A stretch of DNA of 64,000 nt from Candidatus Sulfuricurvum sp. RIFRC-1. Lineage in GTDB: Bacteria; Campylobacterota; Campylobacteria; Campylobacterales; Sulfurimonadaceae. The position numbers and the translations under genes are program-made. Where the stretch lies: contig NC_020505.1 in assembly GCF_000310245.1 (NCBI RefSeq), positions 1,016,399 through 1,080,398 of the forward strand, given 5' to 3'. The first letter of the stretch is position 1. The number at the start of each line of letters is the position of its first letter. Under the pieces are notes generated by a model. That model had not been told where the DNA came from. It did no database searches and was given only the letters and a program-made list of their open reading frames with translations. Of the stretch, positions 10,061 through 18,774 are shown in pieces.

Positions 10061-10087
10061 GCGGGATCAAAATTGTTTTGATCCCGC
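10061..10087 (+). promoter_or_regulatory. Perfect 12-bp stem-loop between ALDH and DUF779 genes
   Basis: GCGGGATCAAAA-TTG-TTTTGATCCCGC, 21 nt after the ALDH stop and 15 nt before the DUF779 ATG. No U-tract follows. Confidence 0.6.
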
Positions 10088-10101
10088 ACAGAGGGTATAA
10101 A

Positions 10102-10476
10102 ATGAACATAGAACGATTATCCGTTACACCCGAAGCCGCAGAAGTCATTGAAAAATTAAAACAAGAGAATGGTGAATTGGTTTTTAACCAAAGCGGCGGT
10201 TGCTGTGACGGAACAGCTCCGATGTGCTACAAGAAAGGTGATTTTTATGTCCCCAGCAGAAATGTAAAACTCGGTGAGATATGCGGATGCGAATTTTTTA
10301 TCGACAAAGACCAATTTGAATATTTTAGACATTCTCAGATTACTATCGATGTCAAAGAGGAAAAAAGCGCTTTTGGAAACTCGTTTTCATTAGAGATCGA
10401 TTTGGGGTATCAGTTTATCACGAGGTCGAGAATCTTTACCGATGAAGAGTATGCGATCATCGAGGGGAGACTATGA
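10102..10476 (+). CDS. DUF779 family protein
   Basis: About 124 aa from the ATG at 10102 (MNIERLSVTPEA...). It contains the SGGCCDG motif that I associate with DUF779, and its position just downstream of an ALDH is typical of that family. Confidence 0.75.
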   Translation: MNIERLSVTPEAAEVIEKLKQENGELVFNQSGGCCDGTAPMCYKKGDFYVPSRNVKLGEICGCEFFIDKDQFEYFRHSQITIDVKEEKSAFGNSFSLEIDLGYQFITRSRIFTDEEYAIIEGRL

Positions 10477-11058
10477 AAAATCAGATCGTATTCTCTCCCA
10501 ATCCTCTTGGGTATCAACATCTTTTGATTCATTGTTACTCAGAGGAATATATTGATAGATATTTGTTTCCAGTAAGCTTTTAGCTCCCTTATCTCCTTTT
10601 AATTCTCGAAGTGCGGGAAAATAGTGTTTTGGAAAGACGGCGGGTACGCCTGATCTTTTATCGTAGTGTGATGCTATGATCAAATCCGGAAATTCTTTAG
10701 ACGTTTCTATCAATTTTTTATAATGTATTCGCGGGATTAAGGGCTGGTCACAGAGCATGATCAAAACGCAATCGCACTCCTCCAATGTTGAAACACCACA
10801 GGCAATAGAACTTCCAAGCCCCTCTTCATAACGTCTATTAACAACTGTTTTTACAAGGAGATTGTTGATAGAGTCACTGCATTGTTCATGTTTATGTCCT
10901 AATACAACAGTGACATTGGGTGTAAATTCCAATGCCTGAACCGCAGCATGCCACAAAAGTGTATGCTCGTTCAGTTCTAATAGCTGTTTGGGCTCTCCTA
11001 GGCGACTTGACGTTCCTGCCGCCATAACAAGAATCTCAAGATGATGGTTAGTTAGCAT
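10471..11058 (-). CDS. MobA/MocA-like nucleotidyltransferase (molybdenum cofactor cytidylyl/guanylyltransferase)
   Basis: 195 aa. VMAAGTSSRLGEPKQLL is the N-terminal NTP-binding motif and LCDQP is also present. It lies downstream of xdhC and overlaps it. Confidence 0.7.
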   Translation of the reverse strand: MLTNHHLEILVMAAGTSSRLGEPKQLLELNEHTLLWHAAVQALEFTPNVTVVLGHKHEQCSDSINNLLVKTVVNRRYEEGLGSSIACGVSTLEECDCVLIMLCDQPLIPRIHYKKLIETSKEFPDLIIASHYDKRSGVPAVFPKHYFPALRELKGDKGAKSLLETNIYQYIPLSNNESKDVDTQEDWERIRSDFS

Positions 11059-12064
11059 GGATTGCTACCCTTTTTTTTTCTCTCAGTGACATCGGAGTAG
11101 ATCGGTTTCGATGTGCTTCAATTTCAGCACAGATAGATAAGGCGATGGATTCAGGTGACTCTCCGCCTAAATCCAATCCGATGGGATTATGCAATCTCGG
11201 ATCCATAAAAACACTCTCGCCAAATTGACTGAAAGAATCGATAATATTTTTCGTTCTCTTCTGAGGTCCCATAATACCGATATAGGAGACCTCTGAATCA
11301 AGCAATGCTTTTAAATAGACGGCATCGCTGTTAAAATTATGACTCATAACGACAGCCGCATCGAAATCTCGTTCTAAAATCTCATCTACCTCTTCGCAGT
11401 TATTTAACAAGTGTGTTTCATCGGCAGAATGTACATGGGTAAGATTTGACGTTCTTGTATCACAGATAGAGGTTTGCCACCCAAGCGTATTTGCCATGGA
11501 AAGTAACGGTTCACTTCCCGGTCCTGCTCCCAAAATCAATAATCGATAAGGGGAATTAATTTTTTGATAAATGAGTCGGAGGTGCGATTCTTCATCATAA
11601 AAGATCTCTTCTGTGCGCTCTTCGGATGAAAACCCGTAAAAACCCTTTTGCTCTGTGGAACGGATCAGGGTTTTCTTGGTTCTGTTTAAAGCGTACTCCA
11701 GTGCGATACCGATCGCACCGTAGTTTTGAGTGTAATAAAACGGCTCCATCCATAGTTTGATCAGCCCGTTGCATCCAACCCCTTTACCCCAACTGTCCAA
11801 TGTCTCATCTTTCATCCGCAAGTCATGGACGACATACTTGCCTTCGTGTTTTGAGAGGATTTCTTTGGCACAATGGACTATGTCCTCTTCAAAACAGCCT
11901 CCGCTGACGACACCGATGAATTCGCCGTCGGAATTTACCATCATAGTCGCACCGCTTTTACGATAAACGGAACCTTCCGTATCCAAGACATTGATACAGA
12001 CGATATCTTTTTTATCGTTTTTAGATTGTTGTAGGAACTTGATAAAATCTTTGTGAGCAAACAT
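11048..12064 (-). CDS. xdhC: XdhC/CoxI-family molybdoenzyme maturation factor
   Basis: 338 aa with an N-terminal XdhC_CoxI-like region (GSVYRKSGATMMV) and a Rossmann-like C-terminal half (LLILGAGPGSEPL). It follows the Mo subunit. Confidence 0.8.
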   Translation of the reverse strand: MFAHKDFIKFLQQSKNDKKDIVCINVLDTEGSVYRKSGATMMVNSDGEFIGVVSGGCFEEDIVHCAKEILSKHEGKYVVHDLRMKDETLDSWGKGVGCNGLIKLWMEPFYYTQNYGAIGIALEYALNRTKKTLIRSTEQKGFYGFSSEERTEEIFYDEESHLRLIYQKINSPYRLLILGAGPGSEPLLSMANTLGWQTSICDTRTSNLTHVHSADETHLLNNCEEVDEILERDFDAAVVMSHNFNSDAVYLKALLDSEVSYIGIMGPQKRTKNIIDSFSQFGESVFMDPRLHNPIGLDLGGESPESIALSICAEIEAHRNRSTPMSLREKKRVAIHAN

Positions 12065-12071
12065 GATATGC

Positions 12072-14204
12072 CTAACTTATTTTAATTGGCAGTGAATGGT
12101 ATCGTTTTCCCGTCGCATCAAATATCGCATTGGCTACTGCCGGGAAGATAGGAGGAACTGCCGTCTCGCCTATACCGCCGATTTTTTCTCCTGAATTGAC
12201 GATACTCACTTTGATCTCAGGAGCATCGGAGATTCTCGTCACCAGGTAATCATAAAAATTGCTTTGTTCCGCTTCACCGTTTTTGATCGTAATTTCACTG
12301 TATTTTGTCGCGGCAAGTCCGAAATTGATTCCGCTGATCATTTGGTTCTCAATATTAAGCGGATTGAGCGCAAAACCGCAATCGACACTGCACCATACGT
12401 TTTCAACTTTAAAATCATTTTTTGTAACTTTGACTTTTGCTACCTGTGCCACAATAGAGCCGAATGATTTGACGATTGAAACACCGTAACCGACATTTTT
12501 CTCTTTTTTACGATTTTTCCAATCGGAAATTCTTTGGACGTCTAATAATAATTTGATGCATCGTAAATCATCCAACATGCTGATTCGGTAGGCGATAGGA
12601 TCGATTCCGGCTTTATGCGCCGCTTCGTCCACGATACCTTCCACCAGAGGAGCCGTTTGCGTATGTCCTACCGAACGCCACCATAATACGGGAATCGGAG
12701 AACTCGGTGAATGGGCCTGCATATCATGATTCATAATCGAATACGGATGATCGGTAAGTCCATCCCATTGCGCCCAATCCACGCCGTCTTTAAATAAAAA
12801 TCCGAGTATCGTATCTTTGACAACCGGCTGTCCGACAACTTTGGCTTCAAAGGCCGTGATATCACCATATTTGTTCAGGGCGAGACGGGCTTTATTTTTA
12901 TACATAGGACGATAGTTCCCCATGCGAATATCATCTTCTCTGGTCCAGAGTGTCATAATCGGCCACGCTTCGTCTTTTGCGGTGTAGACGGCATCTTTGA
13001 TATAATCAGCGTTTGCCGCAGCTCTACGTCCAAATCCTCCACCCAAAAAGGTATTGTTATATTCCACATCCTCAGGCTTAAGACCCAATATATCTGCACA
13101 AACTTTTCGATAGACAGTTTGTACTTGTCCTCCGGTCCACATTTTTGCACTCTCCCCTGTATGGTGAATCGTACAATTTAACGGTTCCATCGGAGCATGG
13201 GCCAAAAATGGGAATTCATAATCTGCTGAGATGATGCTATGCGCTTCTTTGAACGCTTTTGCCGTATTGCCATCATGACGCATAGAAGCACCCGGCGTAT
13301 TTAAAAGAGTATCATATTCTTTTCGTAAATCGTCGCTGCTGACATTAGCAAACTCCCCTTTGTCCCATACAACATGGATATGATTTAATGCCTCTTTTGC
13401 CTGGAACCAGTGTTCTGCGATAACGGCAATACCTGTCGGAATTTGTTTGATTTTTAAAATTCCGTCGCGTTTGAGTGCTTCTGAGGGATCAAAACTCACG
13501 ATAGTGGCCCCGAAAACGGCCGGATGCAAAACGGCTGCATATTTGAGATTGTCCATTCTCACATCGATTCCGAATTCTGTTTGTCCTGTCGCTTTTGCCC
13601 ATGCTTCGCTCGGGTGTCTTCGGGTAGGTTTACCGATGAGTGAACAATCTTTCAGTGCTTTTAGCTCAGGATTCTCCGGAATGCTCATTGTTTTAATATC
13701 TGCGACCAACTCACCATAGGTGAACTTATCCCCTGTTTTGAGATTGATAACATGGGAGTTTTTGGTTTTGATATCTGAGAGAGCCGCATTCCATTTTTTT
13801 GCAGCCGCTTTTTTGAGCATTTCATTGACGGCAGCACCGACTTTACGCATTTCGAGCTGTTTGGTACTGATGGAAGTGGAACCTGCCGTCAGCATCCATG
13901 GCCCGAAGACAGAATTATAGACAGGGTCAATATCGGCTGCTTTGAATTGAACCGCGTCCCAAGCCGCATCCAACTCATCGGCGATACACATTGCAAGAGC
14001 TGTATACGTTCCCTGACCCATTTCAGCTTGACCCATCAAAAAGGTAATGGTGTTGTCTGGATCAATTTGAATAAAGGCATTAGGACGCAACGTCTCTTTG
14101 GTTGCTTCATCGGCACGGGCTTTTACCGGTAAATAAAATCCGACGATAAAAGCGCTACTGACAATGGCGGTATTTTTAAGAAAAGTTCTTCGTGAGAGTC
14201 CCAT
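12072..14204 (-). CDS. Molybdopterin-binding large subunit of an xanthine-dehydrogenase-family oxidoreductase (IorB/aldehyde oxidoreductase-like), Tat-exported
   Basis: 710 aa with an N-terminal twin-arginine signal (SRRTFLKNTAIVSSAF). Length and overall sequence fit the IorB-type beta subunit family. Confidence 0.85.
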   Translation of the reverse strand: MGLSRRTFLKNTAIVSSAFIVGFYLPVKARADEATKETLRPNAFIQIDPDNTITFLMGQAEMGQGTYTALAMCIADELDAAWDAVQFKAADIDPVYNSVFGPWMLTAGSTSISTKQLEMRKVGAAVNEMLKKAAAKKWNAALSDIKTKNSHVINLKTGDKFTYGELVADIKTMSIPENPELKALKDCSLIGKPTRRHPSEAWAKATGQTEFGIDVRMDNLKYAAVLHPAVFGATIVSFDPSEALKRDGILKIKQIPTGIAVIAEHWFQAKEALNHIHVVWDKGEFANVSSDDLRKEYDTLLNTPGASMRHDGNTAKAFKEAHSIISADYEFPFLAHAPMEPLNCTIHHTGESAKMWTGGQVQTVYRKVCADILGLKPEDVEYNNTFLGGGFGRRAAANADYIKDAVYTAKDEAWPIMTLWTREDDIRMGNYRPMYKNKARLALNKYGDITAFEAKVVGQPVVKDTILGFLFKDGVDWAQWDGLTDHPYSIMNHDMQAHSPSSPIPVLWWRSVGHTQTAPLVEGIVDEAAHKAGIDPIAYRISMLDDLRCIKLLLDVQRISDWKNRKKEKNVGYGVSIVKSFGSIVAQVAKVKVTKNDFKVENVWCSVDCGFALNPLNIENQMISGINFGLAATKYSEITIKNGEAEQSNFYDYLVTRISDAPEIKVSIVNSGEKIGGIGETAVPPIFPAVANAIFDATGKRYHSLPIKIS

Positions 14205-14206
14205 AA

Positions 14207-14662
14207 TTAAGCTCCTGCATTTATTTTTTTAATAGCGTTTTTGATACGGTTATAGGTACCGCATCGACAGATATTGCCATTCATCTCAGCTAAAATCTCT
14301 TCTTCGGTAGGATTGCTGTTCGCCTTTAGCAAACCTGTCGCATTCATGATTTGTCCTGATTGGCAATAACCGCATTGAGGAACATCTTCTTCAACCCAGG
14401 CCTCTTGTACTTTCTTCAGAAGAGGATCGGTTGTATTGGCAATCGTCATGATCTCTTTATCGCCGATCTCTTTTAAAAAGGTTGCACAGCTTCGGATCGC
14501 TTTTCCGTCTAATAAAACAGTACATGCCCCGCATTGAGCAGCGCCGCATCCATATTTGGTTCCGGTAAGGTTCAAATGGTCTCTAAGTACCCACAATAAA
14601 GGTGTTTCGTCATCAACAGTAACATCATAGGTTACACCGTCAATTTTTAATTTAGTGGTCAT
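14207..14662 (-). CDS. [2Fe-2S]-binding small subunit (IorA-like)
   Basis: 151 aa with two 2Fe-2S cluster motifs (CGAAQCGACTV and CGYCQSGQ...CRCGTY). It ends 2 nt upstream of the large subunit. Confidence 0.9.
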   Translation of the reverse strand: MTTKLKIDGVTYDVTVDDETPLLWVLRDHLNLTGTKYGCGAAQCGACTVLLDGKAIRSCATFLKEIGDKEIMTIANTTDPLLKKVQEAWVEEDVPQCGYCQSGQIMNATGLLKANSNPTEEEILAEMNGNICRCGTYNRIKNAIKKINAGA

Positions 14663-14704
14663 GGTTATCCTTTTTAAGCTTATCTGCGGGGAAGTATATA
14701 GAAT

Positions 14705-14726
14705 CTAAATAGCGGTGAAATAGCGA
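14705..14726. promoter_or_regulatory. Candidate operator: CTAAATAGCGG / TGAAATAGCGA 11-bp-phased direct repeat
   Basis: The AAATAGCG core occurs at 14707-14714 and 14718-14725. The site is 43-64 bp upstream of the start codon (14662, minus strand) of the 2Fe-2S subunit gene. The core is the same as in the 8407-8449 repeats. Confidence 0.4.
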
Positions 14727-14896
14727 TAGTTATATAACTTATTAGAATGAAGAATTGTGCGCGGAGTTACGATAGGCAGCATAAAAGGCTATCGAATTAT
14801 AGTTTTTACGATCAAATTTTGGCTTCAGCATCTGTCGGTAGGCTAGTCAAAGTGTCAATGGCTAAGAAAGGGCTTAAATCATGCTGTATGAGTTTC

Positions 14897-15193
14897 CTAT
14901 GCCCACAAACTTCGGAATATTTGAGCCAACACCGGAGCGTAATACCACATCAGTTCAAATAGAGCAAATTGGACGACTAAAATAATCCAAAAGCGATAGC
15001 GGGATTTTTTTGTTTTATGGCGAAAGATCTTTTGACCGAATACGGCTCCGACGCTTCCGCCCATCAGTGCTAAATTCAGGAGTGTTTTTTCACGGACCCG
15101 TGGACGATTGGTACGGGCTAAATATTTGTCGTATCCAAAGACTAAAAACGTAAAAAGATTAAAGACGAGAAAGAGAAAAACGAATCCCTTCAT
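14897..15193 (-). CDS. DUF1294 family small membrane protein
   Basis: 98 aa. Pattern YDKYLA...R(V)xExxLL..AL.GG..GA...Q..FRHKTKK flanked by hydrophobic helices. Confidence 0.6.
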   Translation of the reverse strand: MKGFVFLFLVFNLFTFLVFGYDKYLARTNRPRVREKTLLNLALMGGSVGAVFGQKIFRHKTKKSRYRFWIILVVQFALFELMWYYAPVLAQIFRSLWA

Positions 15194-15344
15194 ACTCTAC
15201 CAAGACCTATTTTGGTCATTCTAAAACGGGTTTTATTGTAAATGTATTTCATAAAACGAGTATAGCACAAGAGTGAATGAGTTTTTAACCCGCTTGACTA
15301 CTAATACAAAATATACTTCTTTTTACTATTTACGAGGACCCCTT

Positions 15345-16598
15345 ATGCTATTTTCACAACTCTCTCTTTCATCCCCTCTTCAGCGTGCGGTGAGCGAAGA
15401 GGGCTACACACAGCCTACTTCCATTCAGGAAAAAGTGATCCCACTCGTCTTAGAGCACAAAGATGTACTTGCCCGTGCACAGACGGGAAGCGGTAAGAGT
15501 GCGAGTTTCGTATTACCGATCTTAGAGCTTTGGTCACAGACGCGCGGCGAGGGGAAAGGGAAAATTAAAGCCCTTGTTCTCACTCCGACACGGGAGTTGA
15601 CTCTCCAAGTAGCGCAGACGTTTGAGAGTATGGGAAACTATCTTCCGACAAAACCGAAAGTGGTGAGTGTCATCGGAGGTGAGAGTATCGGCGATCAGCT
15701 CTACGCGATTCAACAAGGGTGCGATATTCTTGTCGCAACATCGGGGCGATTTCTCGACGTTTTGAAAAAAAAGCAGATGAATTTGTCGCATTTGGAGTTT
15801 TTTGTCCTCGATGAAGCGGACAAGATGCTCGACCTCGGATTCGCCGAAGAGTTAGAGCTGATCTTAGAATCGATCCCCGCCGCTCGTCAAAATCTCCTCT
15901 TCTCCGCTACCTATCCGCCGAAGATGGAAGCGATTGCCTCCAAAATTACCCAAAACCCTATTCATGTCACGCTTGAAGCAGAGCTTCCGACGGTACAAAG
16001 CATCCATCAGCGTGTTATCGAGGTGAATCCTGAAAATCGGGGGCCGTTGCTTCGCCACCTCCTCGAAACCGAAAAATGGGAACAGGTGTTGGTCTTTATG
16101 GCGAACAAACGAGCCTCCGACAATATCGCCGCGAAATTTCGCAAATACGGCTTTTCGGCGGACTCGTTTAACGGGGATCTCCTCCAAGAGGATCGTACGT
16201 ATGTGTTGGAGCAATTCAAAGCGAAAAAAGTCCGTATCCTCTTCGCCACCGATATCGCCGCGCGCGGTTTGGATATCGATGATATCACCTGTGTTATTAA
16301 TTTCGATCTTCCCCGCTCTCCTGCTGATTATATCCACCGTATCGGACGGACGGGTCGCGCGGGTAAATCAGGTCTGGCGATTTCGTTTATTGGTTATGAA
16401 GAGCGCGATCATTTTGCCCTGATCGAAAAACGCTCCTCTATTAAACTACCGCGTGAGCAGATAGCGGGGTTTGAACTGTTTGGAACACCACCGCCGAAAG
16501 TAAAAGGACCCGATCCGATCAAGGGGAAAGGGAAGAGTAAAAAAGACAAAGCCCGAGAACTCGCCGCCAAAAATGCAAAAGGTTCAGGAAACCAATGA
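15345..16598 (+). CDS. rhlE: DEAD-box ATP-dependent RNA helicase (RhlE-like)
   Basis: Q-motif, AQTGSGKS, DEAD (VLDEAD), SAT and HRIGRTGRAG motifs, plus a basic C-terminal tail. The ATG at 15345 (MLFSQLSL) is preferred over the GTG at 15273. Confidence 0.9.
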   Translation: MLFSQLSLSSPLQRAVSEEGYTQPTSIQEKVIPLVLEHKDVLARAQTGSGKSASFVLPILELWSQTRGEGKGKIKALVLTPTRELTLQVAQTFESMGNYLPTKPKVVSVIGGESIGDQLYAIQQGCDILVATSGRFLDVLKKKQMNLSHLEFFVLDEADKMLDLGFAEELELILESIPAARQNLLFSATYPPKMEAIASKITQNPIHVTLEAELPTVQSIHQRVIEVNPENRGPLLRHLLETEKWEQVLVFMANKRASDNIAAKFRKYGFSADSFNGDLLQEDRTYVLEQFKAKKVRILFATDIAARGLDIDDITCVINFDLPRSPADYIHRIGRTGRAGKSGLAISFIGYEERDHFALIEKRSSIKLPREQIAGFELFGTPPPKVKGPDPIKGKGKSKKDKARELAAKNAKGSGNQ

Positions 16599-18712
16599 AC
16601 CCTTTGATTGATCTGCTCTCCCAAAAAACGGGACTCACTGCCAAAACCGTTACCAATATCCTGAAACTCCTCGAAGAGGGCTCTACGATCCCCTTTATCG
16701 CCCGCTACCGCAAAGAGATGACAGGGGGTGCTACCGATGAGCAGTTACGGGAGTTTGAGAGCATTTACGGCTATTCGAAAAAACTGCTGGAGCGAAAAGA
16801 GGAGGTTTCCCGTCTCATCGCGGAGCGCTCGGAGTTGAATAACGATCTGCGTACACGGTTGAACAACGCTGCAACGCTCCAAGAGGTCGAAGACATCTAC
16901 CGTCCTTTTAAAGAGAAGAAAAACACACGTGCCGGTGCCGCTATTGCGGCGGGATTGGAGCCGTTGGCCGATCTGCTGGAACGTGCGCAGTTAGAGTTGG
17001 GAGAATTGTCGAAACGTGCGGAGAGTTTTGTCAAAGGCTCTGTTACAACGCGTGAGGATGCGATCAAAGGTGCGCAGGACATACTCGCGGAGCGCTACAG
17101 TGACGACCCAAGAGAGCGCGACCACTGGCGACGTCAGATACTGGATTACTCCTCCTTTGAGATAAAAGCCGCCAAAGGGATGAGTGAGGAGGGGCTGTTT
17201 GCAAAGCTCGCCGGAAAGAGCGAAAAGATAGCTTCCATCCCCTCCCATCGTTATCTCGCGATTATGCGCGGTGTGAGCGAAAAAGAGCTGAACGTCAAGA
17301 TCACCCTCGATATGGATCGGGTGGAGAATACGATTAAAAATTATCGTATTCCACGCAGTGCAAAAAGCTCCCAAAGTTTGCTATTAGCGAGCTACCTCGA
17401 TGGCTTCAAACGGTTGTTATTTCCCTCATTGGAGCGGGAAGTGCACGCGATGATCAAAGAGAAATCGGATATCCAAGCGATCAATACGTTCGGCAAAAAT
17501 CTTTCACAGCTTTTGGGTTCCCCTCCCGTCACGAAGCGTGCCATTTTGGGAGCCGATCCCGCCTACCGAACAGGGTGCAAACTCGCCGTGGTGGATGAAA
17601 ATGGTACCTATTTGGATCATGCCGTGATCTATCCCACCCCTCCGCAAAGCGATTATGAGAAGAGTGCAAAAGTGGTGAAGCAGTTGTGTAAGCGTTACGG
17701 GATTAATGCCGTCGCCATCGGTAACGGAACGGCGTCGCGGGAAACGCAGGAGTTTTTCGCGAGGCTAAACCGCGATGAGGGACTCAACCTCTCTTATACC
17801 GTCGTCTCCGAAGCGGGGGCATCGGTCTACTCCGCCTCCAAAATCGCCCAAGAGGAGTATCCGCAGCTCGATGTCACGATACGCGGAGCGATCTCGATTG
17901 CTCAGCGACTTCGCGATCCGATGGCGGCATTGGTGAAGATCGATCCCAAATCGCTAGGGGTGGGGCAATATCAGCACGACGTCGATCAAAAGCTACTTGA
18001 GAAGAAGCTCGGCAGTGTCACCGAAGATTTGGTCAACCGTATCGGGGTTGATCCCAACAGTGCTTCGGTATCGCTTCTCTCCTATGTCGCGGGAGTGGGG
18101 GCAAAAGTTGCCCGTGCCATCGTAGAACACCGCGAAAAGAGCGGGGCGTTCAAAGCCAAGCAAGAGCTTCTCAAAGTTAAAGGGCTGGGGGCAAAAGCGT
18201 ACGAGCAGTGTGCGGGGTTCTTTCGGATACGAGAGGGAAAAAGCGTGCTGGACAACACGGGCGTTCACCCTGAGAGCTACGAGGCAGCGAATACCCTTTT
18301 AAAACACTATGATCTCTCTTCGATCACCAAAGATCAAATTCCTCGAATTGCGCAAGAGTTGGGAGTGGGGGAAGCGACCCTCACCGATATCATTGCAGAA
18401 CTTCGAAAACCGGGGTTTGATCCCCGTGAGAGCTTGCCGCCGATTATGTTTCGCTCCGATCTCACCGACATCAAAGAGCTTCGAGAGGGGTCTATCGTCT
18501 CGGGCGTCGTGCGCAACATTGCCGATTTTGGCGCGTTTGTTGATATCGGATTGAAAAACGACGGATTGATCCATATCTCCCAGATGTCGGAAAAGCGAAT
18601 ATCCCATCCGCTCGAAGTGCTCAGTGTCAATCAACAGCTCTCTGCTATCCGTGTTGTCGAGGTGGATATTGCCAAAGGGAAAGTGGGACTCAGTTTAAAA
18701 GAATCTCACTAG
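16595..18712 (+). CDS. tex: Tex-like transcription accessory protein with C-terminal S1 domain
   Basis: 705 aa. The N-terminus (TIPFIARYRKE) is typical of Tex, followed by YqgF-like and HhH regions and a terminal S1 domain (GSIVSGVVRNIADFGAFVDIG). ATGA overlap with rhlE. Confidence 0.9.
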   Translation: MNPLIDLLSQKTGLTAKTVTNILKLLEEGSTIPFIARYRKEMTGGATDEQLREFESIYGYSKKLLERKEEVSRLIAERSELNNDLRTRLNNAATLQEVEDIYRPFKEKKNTRAGAAIAAGLEPLADLLERAQLELGELSKRAESFVKGSVTTREDAIKGAQDILAERYSDDPRERDHWRRQILDYSSFEIKAAKGMSEEGLFAKLAGKSEKIASIPSHRYLAIMRGVSEKELNVKITLDMDRVENTIKNYRIPRSAKSSQSLLLASYLDGFKRLLFPSLEREVHAMIKEKSDIQAINTFGKNLSQLLGSPPVTKRAILGADPAYRTGCKLAVVDENGTYLDHAVIYPTPPQSDYEKSAKVVKQLCKRYGINAVAIGNGTASRETQEFFARLNRDEGLNLSYTVVSEAGASVYSASKIAQEEYPQLDVTIRGAISIAQRLRDPMAALVKIDPKSLGVGQYQHDVDQKLLEKKLGSVTEDLVNRIGVDPNSASVSLLSYVAGVGAKVARAIVEHREKSGAFKAKQELLKVKGLGAKAYEQCAGFFRIREGKSVLDNTGVHPESYEAANTLLKHYDLSSITKDQIPRIAQELGVGEATLTDIIAELRKPGFDPRESLPPIMFRSDLTDIKELREGSIVSGVVRNIADFGAFVDIGLKNDGLIHISQMSEKRISHPLEVLSVNQQLSAIRVVEVDIAKGKVGLSLKESH

Positions 18713-18774
18713 CTTTTTTTAATCTTTATGGAGTTAGAATAGTTCAAAATCACTATTTTTTGCAGGGGGTAACA

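Noticed and set aside
14747-14962. 71-aa ORF in the iorA-DUF1294 intergenic region.
   Set aside because: It overlaps the 3' end of the DUF1294 gene on the other strand. It has no RBS and no recognisable features, so it is probably non-coding promoter DNA.
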